Shown here one piece after another: positions 1 through 13,268 of a DNA stretch of 64,000 bases. This stretch comes from Nymphaea colorata. Taxonomy: Eukaryota. The notes beneath the pieces are model-generated. The model searched no databases and was not told the origin of the DNA. It was given only the letters and a program-made list of their open reading frames with translations. The translations under genes and the position numbers were made by a program. Position 1 is the first letter of the stretch. The number at the start of each line of letters is the position of its first letter. The stretch spans positions 5,766,001 through 5,830,000 of the forward strand of contig NC_045138.2 in assembly GCF_008831285.2 (NCBI RefSeq), read 5' to 3'.

Positions 1-929
1 CCAAGTTTCAATGCATTTGGAAAATAAGAAAGATCCTCATGACCCTTGCGTCACCTTGCCACCTGTTTAATCCCTTCATCTGCTTTGGCACTCTTCTCTT
101 GTCCACCATCTGACCCACCATAATTTAGATTTCCGGCTCTGCAATTGGTTCAAATTTCAAAAATATAATGCAGTAGCCAGTAGGTTTGACACTTTCTTTC
201 TGTTAGTCCATGTAGACTATGCATAAGTAGATTTTGTTTCTTGGTGTATAAAACTCTAGATATTAAATGTAATGCATGTACTGTAGTTCATTATGCTGGA
301 TGGGGAAATATGGGTTATACATCTTTTGCTCAAGGTGGACGATGGTAGTTCTATTTCCACCTACTGAGATGCGAGGGTGTTCTATCGTGTTCCCTGTTTT
401 AGGTTGTACTTTTGTTCAGGTAATTTTATCTTTACTTATTTTTTGTTACATTTTTTATGTTTGTTTATACTTCAAGAATTAGTTTCTATAAGTTTGAATG
501 ATCATCCTGTCTACATGTTCAATATAGTGGCTTTAATTTAGATTCATTTTTCAATCTATTGTCTGAAATAGAAACATTCTCATGCATTTATTTCTGTTTG
601 GTATGATATTACCAATAAAGAAAGTGATAATAGCTTGATTACTTGATTAGGATGTTTTTCGAGACTATATGATTGTTAGTTTATGTTCAAAAGTCTGTTT
701 ATGCAACTACATATGATTACCTCAGAGTATTCTTTTCCATTGATTAGCTTTTTCCTTCCCAAATGTCAGGAACCTATACGTGTTTCTTGTCTTCTTGGGG
801 AAACCCATAACTCATTTTCATGGTTGACATAGAAAAGGCTTGGAATCTTGCCTTTTCATTCATCTCTTTCTTTTGGTTCTCTGTGAATCAAACCTCATTT
901 TCCTGCACCCTTTCTCCTTAAATGAACCA

Positions 930-1330
930 GATTTTGTTTAACTGTATGTTCCTGTGAAGATATAGGTGAAGATGAGACCTGGAGATTTTATCTAGTCATT
1001 GTCTTTCCTTTTCTCCCTCTCTCTCTCTCTCTAATCAAATGTCTCCTTAGAGGGGTCACTTTTCATTTAATGGTTTCTGCTTGTGAAGATGTAGGTGAAA
1101 CTAATACCTGGACGAATAATTTTCATCTAATTGTATGTTTCCTTTGCCTTTTACCTTTCTAATGCTTGCTTGTTGCGTTTTTAAAGTTTAACCAAAATGT
1201 CTCTTTAAACTTTAAAAAACTGGATTTCATTTAATGGTGTGTTCCCGTAAGCATATAGGTGAAGATGAGGCCTGGAGATTTTTATATAATGATTCTATTT
1301 CCTTTTCCTTCTCATTTTTCTAGCCTGCTT
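930..1330. repeat. Three-copy degenerate tandem repeat (~130-165 bp unit) in an auxilin-gene intron
   Basis: GTGAAGATATAGGTGAAGATGAGACCTGGAGATTTTTA-like core at ~954, ~1083 and ~1247. Confidence 0.75.
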
Positions 1331-1680
1331 GAGAGATTTTGTCATTTATGCTTCAGTAGGTTGTCATACTGAGCAATCAGCCTGTCTGTGATACGTTGAT
1401 TTGGAGAATTATGAAATGATGTTACAGTTGTGTGAAGTACTTTTTGTATCATGAGCAGCACTCAGCAGTATAATGAACTTTATGTTTGTAATATCTAGAT
1501 TTATTTGTACAGGTTATAGAGATGCTAACTAGCATTTCTTCATTCTATTTTGGTTGTTTTGATATTCTGGCCAAACTTTATAAAGCATGAAAGTTCTTCT
1601 CCTTTCTGTTTTGAGAATTGATACCTTTGTATGACTTTGAATTTGTCCTTTTTATGTGTAATTGTAATTTTACTGTGCAG

Positions 1681-4600
1681 GGAACCTAAAGAGGCCAAAC
1701 CCTTTGAGTCATCTGCTTCTCAGAAGTCAACTCCCAGTGCATCAGATGACCCTTTTGTTATCTTAGAATCAAATTCAACACCACCTCAGTCCTCAGGGCT
1801 ATTCACTGATCCTCTTGAGCATATCAATATTCCCAGTAACTCGGGAAGCATGAAGGACTCTTTGTCCGCTAATGGCAGGTTTTTTCATGAGAATGATGTA
1901 TTTGATGGTTTTCCTAAAAGTGTGCCTGTATTTTCTTCTGAGAAGGAGAAAAACTCATCCACAACTGGACAACAAGGTGGTCCTGCACAGACTACTGCCA
2001 ACAAAGTTCAGAGTGATGAGAAATTTGGAAAGAAAATTTTTGAGAACAACATACAGAAAGACCATGGTAGCAATTTCAGGGATTTTCACCAAACTGTATT
2101 TGATGTCCCTGCTGGTTCATCTGATTCTCGTGAAACACATAATAAAAGTAGGAGCCGTTCTTCCCGTGTAAATTTAGAATCCTTTACACCAGAACCGGTT
2201 GTTTCTCCCAAGTCTGATGATAATGTGGAAGCTGCTGATGACATATGGCTTACAGTGGATGAAATTCCTCTTTTCACACAGCCTACAAATGCACCACCAC
2301 CTTCAAGGCCACCCCCATCACTCCCTACCAAAAGAACTACATCAAAAACTGAGAGGAGTGCTTCTTTTACTCCAGAAGCAAAAAGAAAGGACAATGAATA
2401 TTCATCTTTCCCTGCAACTTCTCAGCAACATTTCTCCCAGGGTGCTCCTGCTCCCACTCACATTTCAAGCACATCTCAAATTGATGAACTTGAAGATTTT
2501 GCTATGGGACGAAATCGGACTTACACTGATGGACCTGCGAATGACATGCCTACTGAAGAAGATTTGGAGGCCACTTCTGCTGCAGCTTCAGCAGCTGCAA
2601 TGAAGGAAGCAATGGAAATGGCTGAAGCAAAGATGAAGCAAGCCAAAGAAGCAAGAGAAAGAGATGCAAGGGCTGCTAAAAGTAGAGAATCTATAAGACC
2701 AGAAAGAGATGAGAAAGTTACTCTAGAGCGTGAAGAACAGGAGCAATGGGAAAAGCTAGAGCGTGAAAGAGAACAAAGAGAGAAGGAAGAAAAAGAGAGG
2801 GAGATGAAGAGACTTGAAAGAGAGAGAGAGCTTGAAAGAGAAAGGGAGAAGGCTGCAAGAATAGCAGTGGAGAGAGCAACCAGAGAAGCTCGTGAGCGCG
2901 CAGCTGCTGAAGCGCGCCAGCGTGCTGAGAGAGCTGCTGTTGAAAAGGCAGCTGCTGAAGCGCGTGAACGAGCAGCTGTTGAAGCACGCGACCGAGCAGC
3001 GAGAGTTGCTGCTGAAGCACGTGAACGATCAGCTGCAGAGGCCAGGGAACGTGCTGAGAGAGCTGCATTTGAAAGGGCAGCTGCTGAAGCACGTGAAAGA
3101 GCAAGTGCAGAGGCTAGAGAACGAGCTGAAAGAGCAACTGCTGAGGCAAGGGAACGAGAAGCGAGGGAGAGGGCAGCAGCAGAAGCGAGGGAGAGGGCTG
3201 CTGTAGAAAGGGCTGCTGCTGAGGCTAGGCAGAGGGCTGAGAGAGCAGCTGTAGAGAGAGCTTATGCTGAGGCCAGGGAAAGGGCTGCTGGGAGGGCTGC
3301 TGCTGCTGCCAGAGAGAAGCAGCAGCCAAAAACTGAACCTGACTTGGACTCCTTCTTTGGTATGGGTTCTCGGCCTACCAGTGCACCAAAGCAGCGGACC
3401 CCTACTGTGGTGAGGGATATGTATAAGTATCTTTATCTATGTAATGAAGTAACTTCTGATGATTTTTCTCAGCTAATCTGTTAAGTTGCACATTGTAGGA
3501 GAGCTTTTTTGATACTCAATCTCAGAAGAGGGGAGCTTCAACAACACCATCCACAGCAGCAACTACAATGAGAAAAGCATCATCAACGACAAACATAGCA
3601 GATGACTGGACTTCCTTATTTGGAGGTAGTGATGTTTACCAAATATCATCTTATCTCAACATTTTTTAGCGTGAATTCATTCTCATGTTCGCTAAACTTT
3701 TTCTCTGTTGGCCCCTTCAGCCGCACCATCTTCAGGAGAATTTCAGGAGATAGATGGTGAAAGTGAAGAAAGGAGAAAAGCTAGATTTGAACGACATCAA
3801 CGTACACTTGAGCGTGCTGTAAGTTTACCAATTATGATTCTTCATTGTGGTCTTTCCTGGCTGAGCATTTAAGAAACCTACCGACTCCCAAGCAGGGTGA
3901 GAACAAATCCAATCTGTATCTTGCAACTGCTCTTGTCTCAGACTTGGCTTGTTTTTTGTGCAGGCAAAAGCTCTGGCAGAGAAAAATGAAAGAGACATGC
4001 AAACTCAGAAGGAACAAGCAGAAAGACATGTAAGATAGCAAATGCTTGCATCAAGCTGTCTTAGATTCTAATATTATGGGAAACCATTTATTATTCTCAT
4101 TATTATACATTTAGTCTAGCTTTTTTCAAAGCATGTACTAGTGTCTTCATGCTTATTATTTATTCGGAGAAGAATCCTTCTCTAGAACTTGCATTCATTT
4201 ATAACATGCTTCTTATATGCTTTCTTCGTGATTCAGATGATTGCAGAAAAGCTGGATCCTGAGATTAAGCGATGGGCTGCAGGAAAAGAAGGAAACTTAC
4301 GTGCCTTGTTGTCAACATTACAATATGTGAGCTTATCCTGGTCCCTTAGCAACACTTTGTTGTTTCAATTGCGAACTGTTTTTTTTTTCTTTTTTTTATT
4401 CTTAGTATTTTCTAAGATGGTGCTTTGATGTTAGCTGCATCTGTGAGTTGTATGGTACCAAGGCCTTTTGAAATCTATAGAATCTATCTGCTAGATGCTA
4501 CTTGTCACAGATTTTGCAATGTATGGCCATTGATATCTTACCAATTGGCTAAAAATATTTTAGAGCGTTGCGGTATATGCAATCATCACAGAATAAACTG

Positions 4601-5092
4601 TGTAGTCATCTGTGCACAAAGCTTGATTTTCATAAATAAATATGTATTTGCTTATGTTCTTTTGACTTATGCATAACATAAAGTACCTCATTTATCTCAG
4701 TAAGCGACACAAACTATGTAGCTATAGCAGCTTAATATTCTGTAGGATTTGGTGAAGTTTACCCTTATTTTTTATGACCAACTTACCAACATTTGAAGTT
4801 TGAACCCAATATCATTATGACAAACTGTGCAAGACACTGGAAAAAGTTTATGAAGACATTACATTGCAATGTATATGATATAAGACAATCCATGAGAGTA
4901 GAGATGACAAAAACGGAGAGGGTTTATAACTTTATTATGCATCATTGGGATTTCAACTTTCAGTCAAATATATATGGCCGTTTTAGGCAACATTGTACTG
5001 GAGCCTGGCCTGATGGAGTACTTGCAAGGGCTGCAGGCCTGTGCCTGTGCCAGTGCCAAACTTGCGCTAGTGCCAACAAGTTTGCTGACTGG

Positions 5093-5138
<46 letters not shown>

Positions 5139-7006
5139 GGAAAAGCAGGAGAAAGGGGTGTACACACATACTAGTCCATGGATGGTCACCTGTGATTGCC
5201 CAACCTGGTCATTTATTCTAATGGTCTGGGCCAGGCCTGGTGATCTTGGTCCCCTGGGTTACTTTGGCAACCTGAGCCCCGCTTGTTGCTGGCTGGGGCC
5301 TCAACTACCCATCGGTTCCCAGTCTGTTTCCCACCCTTAGTTGTGACTTGTCAAAGGTTGTTGAAAAAATCATGATATGCAAACAAAAATGTATTTCGAT
5401 GATGCCATGGTTAATGTTGAGAATGTTGCCTAGTATTATTCCTTTCTCAGAAAACCTGCACCCTGCACCTGTGTGACATGGTTGTTCTTTTTCTTGCATA
5501 GTAGTTCCTTTTTCTACGATTGGTGTGCCATAAATGTGATTATTCTTCTACTTGAGGCACTCTATTCAAAGGTTTTAGTGAGTTTTGGGTGGTGGGTTAG
5601 TTTCTGTAATATTCATGATGTGATTGTAGATTGTAAATCCAAGCATTTCAGTGGCTTGAGCTGCTATTCCAAGTTCCAACTAAACTGGGGTTTTGTGATG
5701 TTCTGACTCCATCATTTTTTTTATAGAGATAAACAGCATTGATGGTGGATGTATTTTTGTTCAGTGAGGTGCTTACTGATGTTATTCTTGACAATGAGCA
5801 GATTCTTTGGCCTGAAAGTGGTTGGCAGCCAGTATCGCTAACTGATTTGATTACTGCTGCTTCTGTGAAGAAAGTCTATAGAAAGGCAACCTTGTGTGTT
5901 CACCCTGATAAGGTTCAACAAAAGGGTGCAACTTCTCAGCAAAAGTATATTGCAGAGAAAGTCTTTGACCTGCTTAAGGTACTTCATTTACAATAGATTC
6001 TGCTTCAATTGCTATATTATCATAGGTATTTCATTGTACTTTGCCCATTAGCATCACTTGGTATAGTTGTTGCATTTCAAATAATTGGAGAATCAAGCCC
6101 TTCAAGTTAATTATTTGGTTTTATTTTATCTTATATCACTACTTTAACATGTGATGGGGTATAGACAAATAACTTTAGTATTTATTTATGTAATGTAATA
6201 ATATATTTCTATTTATGCTTATGCATAGATCCTGATTATGTTGGAAGTCTCTGAAAACGAGGCTAATGCAACTATCAAGATCTCATCTCATCGGGAAATC
6301 TAGTTTATGTAGATGAACATGCCAAAGAGGTGTACCGTTTGCAAGGTTACAATGAAATACTAAATCAATAGGGCCATGGCCGAGCTGTTTGTGACCCAGA
6401 TAATTACCATGCCGTGTTCATTGAATAGTTTTACAAGTTGGCATTGTCAAAATAAATCACTGAGTACTTTGGCCTCAATTATTATTGTTATTTTTTTTTA
6501 AGGGGGACATTGAAGGTGCATTTTTTTATATGAAAATGTTAGGTTATCTTTTGAGGTTTATGAATATTGCAATGAAGGAGAAATGAAATATGTTTGTCAA
6601 ACAAAAACTTTTTATTCATGACAATTTATATCTTGACAGTAACAGTTAAACTTTGTTGGAAATTACTTGGAATTTATGGGGAAGCCCCATGAGATGCTTA
6701 AGGGAGATAATGTTTCAGGTCTGCTTATAGGCTTACACTGTAGCAGCTTCAGTTGTTGGGCCTTCTAAAAGATTTTTGTCTTTCTCAATAATTATATTAT
6801 AGCAGATTCAGATGTTTGACCTTTTAAAAGATTTTTGCGTTTCTCAATAATGATAACCAAAACATTGAGTGTATAATGCATTTTGTCTGCAATCATCAAT
6901 GAAATGGAGGGTAAGCTATTATTTACTTCATTATTTTTATACTCGTTCAATTCTTGGGAAATAACAGGAAGCATCAAATAAGTTCAATTCAGAGGAGCTC
7001 TTTTGA
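1681..7006 (+). CDS. Auxilin-related / auxilin-like protein (C-terminal DnaJ domain, clathrin uncoating co-chaperone); 5' exon(s) upstream of the window
   Basis: GT-AG exons 1681-3409, 3499-3625, 3721-3818, 3964-4029, 4237-4326, 5802-5978, 6968-7006 join in frame. Contains an [12 protein letters not shown] coiled-coil repeat, then '[21 protein letters not shown] / [38 protein letters not shown]' (HPD motif) and C-terminal 'KFNSEELF*', all typical of plant auxilin-related proteins. Confidence 0.93.
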
Positions 7007-8166
7007 AGTCATTGAATTGCTCAAGGATTCAAGATATCAGCTTGGAAGCTTCACACCGTTTCCTGTGCGTGGGCAATTGTCATGGCCTGCAATTTTAAGC
7101 ACCAACTTTTTGGCCATCACTATGCGTGCTTGGTTTGTTGTCCTTCATGCTGCCCATGCCGTTCCTGCCACGGCTCAGAATAAGAGTTCTTTTTTCTGAT
7201 GTAAATGGTAATGCCTGGGCATCTTTTTGCATAGAAAAATTTGTGTAAGTTTATGCTGCTGATTCCTGTAGATTAGCAATGGTGGGTTTGGCACCATTTC
7301 TGCAGCTTGTCCCACGTCCAATGTCATGTTCTACATGCTGTCTGGTTTGTGGGTGTGTAGTAGGATAGTATTCATTTTTTTTTCGACTGATATCTTTGAA
7401 CCCTTCAATGAATGTCATTATATTATTGCTTTGCGATGTATCCTGAATAGACAAAGTGCAAATACGTGGTTACTTTTCTAGTTGGAGTTCTTCTTAGAGA
7501 ATTGGGCAATGCAACGTGTGCACACAGAAGCACATAAACAATCATGGTCCTGCATATCTGATAATTGTCTCTTCTTTACAGTTGATCTGAAATTAGCAAC
7601 AAAAAACTAGGTAAGAACATCCTTGACCTTATATTATGATTAACTTGGTGACCATAGAATCAACTCTGGTAAAAATTAAATGGACAAGCGCTTTTTACTT
7701 ATCATTTATACTATTACATTTTCTTTCTACTGTCGGAAACTGCTAGTGCTATGCAGGATTTCTAATTTTCCTTTTTGCTATTGGTATCTTGGCGACTGCT
7801 GTAGTGTGAAGGTCTTGTTGATGCGGATCATTCTTTCCTCTTTTATTGTTTTTTTATCTTTGTTTTTCTTTCTTATTGCAATGAGAGAAGTTTTGAGTTC
7901 AGGTGGTGGAATCAAAAGAGCTCATGACTTGCAATATGGCCTACGCTCTCAGTTTCTTAATCCTCTCTCTTGCCTTTTTTGCACATAAGGGAGCCAGCCT
8001 AACTGCTGTTTCTGGCTTCAGTTTTGCATCTGCAGCAAGACGTTATGTCCTTCAACTTGTAAAAAAGAAAAAAGAAAAGAAAAAACAAAACAAAAGCAAG
8101 GGAATTGCATATCTTTCAGATCTTCAGCAAATGCTGCAGCACTACATTGTTCTTTGTTGCACCAAG

Positions 8167-8217
8167 GGAGTGTTGGTAAAACTGCAATGGTTTCGGGTCA
8201 TTATCGATGAAAGTTGA
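8167..8217 (+). pseudogene. Possible relic of an SNF2/RAD5-16-type helicase Walker B region
   Basis: Translates GVLVKLQWFRVIIDES*, similar to the G.LAKV.WFRVVLDEA motif of plant RAD5/16-like SNF2 proteins; short and isolated. Confidence 0.3.
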
Positions 8218-8633
8218 ACGAAGTTTCACCTACAAAGAAGCCTTAGATAAAACGTAAGACATGAAACATGAATCAATTTGTGCTTGAATGCGCGGAAACA
8301 AGTTAGGCAAGCTAATATGATATTTTTGAGGAACATGTGGTGTAAAAATTTTGCAGATTAAACTCTTTTTCATAAGCTTCATTGTGCCAAAAATTCTCTT
8401 CTTTGAAATGCAAACACTGTTTTTAGCATGGAACAAGCTATGCTTGTGTAAAAGTAAATTGATGGTTTACAAATTCGTACATCTAAAACTAATTTTTTCC
8501 GAAGTCAAAGTGCTATATTTATTTTATTGGGAAAGAATTTATATACCATATTTTGTAAACGAACCACTAAATTAATTGAAGACTTGTAATTAATACATAT
8601 GTTTCTCATTTATTTGGTGCATTTACCTTTTGA

Positions 8634-8682
<49 letters not shown>

Positions 8683-9117
8683 TGTTTCTCCATATGTTGT
8701 TGTATCAAATCCATATGAATGGCTTGGCTTCTAGAGTTTGTTTTTAGACGTTTTAATAAAACGAGAAAAAAGTTGAGAATAATATGAACAGCGAAGTAGG
8801 GTTAATTGACTAGGCCTATATTAAAGTGCGGCATTGTGGGTCCTGCAATTTTAGTACAATATTTTGTTGAAAGTTTATTCATGCGTTTGTAATGTAACAA
8901 ATCTATCAGGTTATTTGACTTTATTTTCCCCGACAACTATAAGCACTCCTTCACCATATGTACAGGAAAAGTTAATGTTGATTTGTTAAAAAGTTCGTTG
9001 ATCATCATAAAATGTTTTCACATCATACACCATGGTTCATATCTATTTAATGATTTTTTTTAACGATAAATTTTAACCATCGGACAACATTCATTGTATG
9101 GTAGCATAGCATTGAAC

Positions 9118-9156
<39 letters not shown>

Positions 9157-9381
9157 TTTATTTCCTTGATATTTACTCCAATATTAAGCTTTCTATGTAT
9201 TAAAGAAAGGTAATGGTAGAAGTCATCTCCGGCCCAACATCGGGGTGAGTTTCCTCAGAATACGGCAGAATCAATAGGAGAATTGGAGACAACCAACTAT
9301 CGGGATGGCAAGAGCCAAGGACGCATATAGGATTATTGACGATGCACCCATTGAACAAATGTCCTTGTTTTAATTTTTTAC

Positions 9382-9745
9382 TAGGGCTGTACACAATCCA
9401 AGTTGAGCTTGACTTGACTCAAATATTGCTCGGCTGGAGCTCGGTCAAGTTGTACAAGGTCAAGGTCAGCAGACTGAGTTCTGGCTCGAGCTCTACTTGG
9501 TTAAATTTGTTAACCAACTCTTCTTTTGATTTGAATTTTTTTATTAGTTTTAAGTTTGGAAATTACAAAAAGAAAGATAACCTAAATAGAACGAGTTTAC
9601 TAGAGTTTAATTGAGTCCAGTTCATGTAACTCCAACTTGACTCATTTATAAGCTCGAATTTTCAGTTACGCTCGAGATTGACTTGTTTACAAACAAGTAA
9701 AGCTCGAGTCAAACTAGACTTGGTTTGACTCATTGTATAGCCATA
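9382..9745. mobile_element. hAT-like MITE with CTCGAG/GAGCTC subterminal repeats
   Basis: TAGGGCTGTACA / TGTATAGCCATA ends and many (G)CTCGAG/TTGACT motifs. Confidence 0.6.
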
Positions 9746-10112
9746 TCTTTGAGTCCGAGCAGACTAGGGTTTATGTGGAACCCTGCCACAATATGCTTAG
9801 ACATGCAAGTGTTTCAGACCCAATGGATATTGAATGTTGGATCCGGATAAGATCTATAGTGACAAAAAATAACACATTTTTTAGGCGTACCCTGACCCAT
9901 TTGCAACTCTACGGGAGTAAGAAGAACAATGTCTCGTTAGTAAGCATGCAATGTTTTTGTTTCAGCATGTGATTATGTCCAGCGCTTAATTACTTAATTA
10001 AATATATGCTCATAATCAAATTATACTTTTTAGGAGAAGAATATAGTGTTTTTGAAACATGTGTTATGAGAACATGTGTATCCAAGAATAACATGTTCAG
10101 TCCGATCATATA

Positions 10113-10410
10113 CACTATAAAAAAACCTAGGCATTACCGATGGTTTAAATGTGTCGGTAAAATATGGCAACACTCAGGTTAAGGTTTTCCTGATGGTTCC
10201 TTCCATCGTAGGTGAAGATAGTGTTGGTAAAAATCTTCACATACGCAATGCTCTGTGCGTGGGTGTAGGTTTCCATTACCGACGCACGAAACACGTAGGT
10301 AAACATTGTTACCGACGTTCAAGCGCATCGGTAATAGTCCATTGTTTTCTGACGTCTAACTAAACGTCGGTAAAATGTTATACGAACACTTGTCCTGGAC
10401 GTTGGTAAAA
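10113..10410. mobile_element. CACTA (En/Spm) transposon terminus
   Basis: CACTATAAAAAAA followed by repeated TTACCGA/TCGGTAA subterminal motifs in both orientations; the other end was not found. Confidence 0.65.
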
Positions 10411-12497
10411 TTTTAGCTGAAATCCACCAAAGGTTGCTATTATAATAACTATAACTTATTGAGAACGGAATTACTTTAGATAAAAAGTTTTTTTTTCTCT
10501 TTTATCTTTATTTAAGAGTTATACTTATGTAGTTAAGTTATTGTTATGTATTAGTATTAGTAGTTATTAGTGATTTTCATTCTAATATAATAGTGAGATG
10601 CAATAGAATGTCTAGGTTCACGACATAACATATGCGACTTAGCAGAATTGGCAGATTCCTTTATTTGGTTCATTAACATTTCAGTGTATAATCTTCATAC
10701 ATAATGCTTGAACCAATTAGATTCCTTTTTTTCCTTGTACCAGATTCATGCTGAGGAACCCTTACATTTACATATAACATAAGAAAACAACTCATTATAA
10801 GACTACCTTGAACCCCTATTGAGTTATTTAGTTAAAGTTAGACATCTTGAAAAAGTCACTCCATTTCGAACCAATTCTTAGTACCATGCGATTTGGATTG
10901 ACTCAAAATCCTTGTTTTGTTAATGGAGTAACCCATAGTTAAATTTCAGGGCATTCAAAAGGAGTTTTTGAAGCATCCCCACATGGTGGAGCGTGACCTG
11001 ACAGTGGAATTGTTTAGTTTAAATCATAAAATCATAAGTACAAGTGAAGTGATCCACATAACAATATAAGATCATAGAAATATATAAATCATAAAATCTA
11101 TAAACCAAACCTATGCTCATAGAAATATAAGAGAGAACAAACATCGATACATTTGTTTCATTAAATAAGACTAGGATCACTTCATTTAACGCTAAGATAA
11201 TAAAAAATAACTCGAGTTTTTAATAGATGAAGAAGGTCGGTTTATTGGGACTTCTTGTTTGATTTTTTTCATCAACTAAACCTAACTAACATGTAATATT
11301 AAATGTTTGAGTATATTGAGTAAAGTTTGTGATATTTTTGCAATCCAGAAAATTACAAACTTTAATATTCAGGAAAAAACAATTGACGATCTCAGCTGAC
11401 TTGGTAGGCCCTCACTCATGATCGAGTAAATGGATGATCCCAATCGACTTGGGTAATTCGCGACTCAGATCCATGAGTTCGTTCACCAACTACGATAAAA
11501 TTTGGGGTGATATAAGATATCGCAGTAAATTTGTAGAGTTTAATCTTTTATCTTCTAAAAGTAGCAATGAAGCTGAAGCTTATGAATTTGATAAAGAGTT
11601 AAAAACTTATACTACAACTATGAATTTTCTGAAGCAGCCTTCATATAATATCAAATCCGTATATTTAAGATGTGAACAGGCGTAGGGGGCAGAGCAAAGA
11701 ATTTTTTGTTGGGCCAAACTACAGTTTCAAAATTTTAACAAGGACCGAAATAAAATTTTTTAATTTTTTTTATATATGTTAAACTAAATTTTTTAAATTT
11801 ACATATAAATTTTTAAAATCTGCCCTGAACAAGAACATGTGCACTCCCGCATGTTCAACAACTCATGAATCGAGTGTCCCTAACTCATGAATCGAGTGTC
11901 CCTTTGACGTAAGCCTGATTATGGTCATTTTTTTTTACTATGATCACCTATTAGGGGCCATAACATATAGCATTCTCCTAAACTCTGGTAGAAAATGCCC
12001 TCAGAAAGCGGAAGTGTGTATCCTTGTTAATTAATTTCAGTTCCTCTTCGGTGTTGATCTCTTGCAAGTCAACCTCTTAGAACCCTGTTTAGACCTTAAG
12101 AACAAGACAGTTCCGACGTACAAGTGTGAGTCCCATTGTCCAGTCTTAAATGTTCCATTCAGCTGTGCCCAAGTTAGATGTGATCTGTATGGGCTATTGC
12201 CAGAATAGACTCACATGGTTTATTTTATTTATATATGAATTTATGCATGTGATTTACTGGTTTATTGTATTTACATACTAATTTCTGCATGTGATTTAGT
12301 TTATTACATATTGATCTCCCTCAAATGTAAAAGTTCTTATATCAGTTCCCCTTAACAAGGCATGTTATGTCATTCCACCGTCACCTAATTCACGAAACAA
12401 CTAACAACATGTGTCTTGTTAGTTGTTTTGTGCATTGCATCAGTGGAATGACATCATACATTACACCTATGATGGTGGAATAACATATAGTAAAAGT

Positions 12498-12498
<1 letters not shown>

Positions 12499-12540
<42 letters not shown>
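12499..12540. repeat. Poly(T)42 homopolymer
   Basis: Read directly from the sequence. Confidence 0.95.
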
Positions 12541-12543
<3 letters not shown>

Positions 12544-12547
12544 TTTA

Positions 12548-13268
12548 GGGACCCTTTGATGCACAGAAAAAATCCTGTGAATCGGTTGAAATATGTACCG
12601 GTGAGTGAAATTTCACTGTTTCACCCGACGACGAAACAAACGTCATGAAATTTCACCTGAAATATCATTTCGATTGGGTGAAATTTCACGTGAAAATAAG
12701 TTGGCCCTTGCAGGCCCGAGTTTTTTTTGCGGATAAAGTTGAGAGTTGTTTGGGCTCTCAACTTTTCCCCTCATTTCCCCGTCGACGCCCTTACCCCTCT
12801 CCTCTCTCGCTGCCTGACCTCTCTCGCAACAGGGTTTCTCGTTTCCCCGTCGATGCCCTTACTCCTCTCCTTTGCTGCCTCACCTCTTTCGCAACAGGGT
12901 TCCTCTTCTCTCTCGCTGCATCACGCTCGCTCTCTTTCCCAGTTGCTCGCTTTTTTGTTGTTCACACGGCAAGGGCAAGAAGCAGGGCACCTTCGCCTTA
13001 GAGCAGCTTCCTTGCGTCAAAAACAACAACTACTAACAGTCTTGAAAAAAAAGTCTCTCAAATTTTCTATCCTTGCATCAAACAGAGTTACTTTTATCCT
13101 GCAAAAAAAGTACCGTGTGCATTAAACAAGGTTAATTTTACCACGTTAAATTCTAACTTGTCAGCTTCAGATTGAAAGAAGAAGAAATTTCGGCATGTAA
13201 ATTTTTTTAGAAAAATTTACCATGGTAAATTTATCACGTTAAATTCTTCATTGCCATCAAACTAGCCC
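12548..13268. mobile_element. PIF/Harbinger (Tourist-like) non-autonomous element
   Basis: TIR GGGACCCTTTGATG / CATCAAACTAGCCC with TTA on both flanks; GTGAAATTTCAC palindromic subterminal motifs; internal ~67-bp tandem duplication at 12774-12905. Confidence 0.65.

Noticed and set aside
1872..3206. Overlapping alternative-frame and antisense ORFs in the large auxilin exon
   Set aside because: By-products of repetitive Glu/Arg/Ala coding sequence.
11860..11903. Perfect 22-bp tandem duplication (also an 18-bp one at ~24473-24508)
   Set aside because: Ordinary short slippage/repair duplications.
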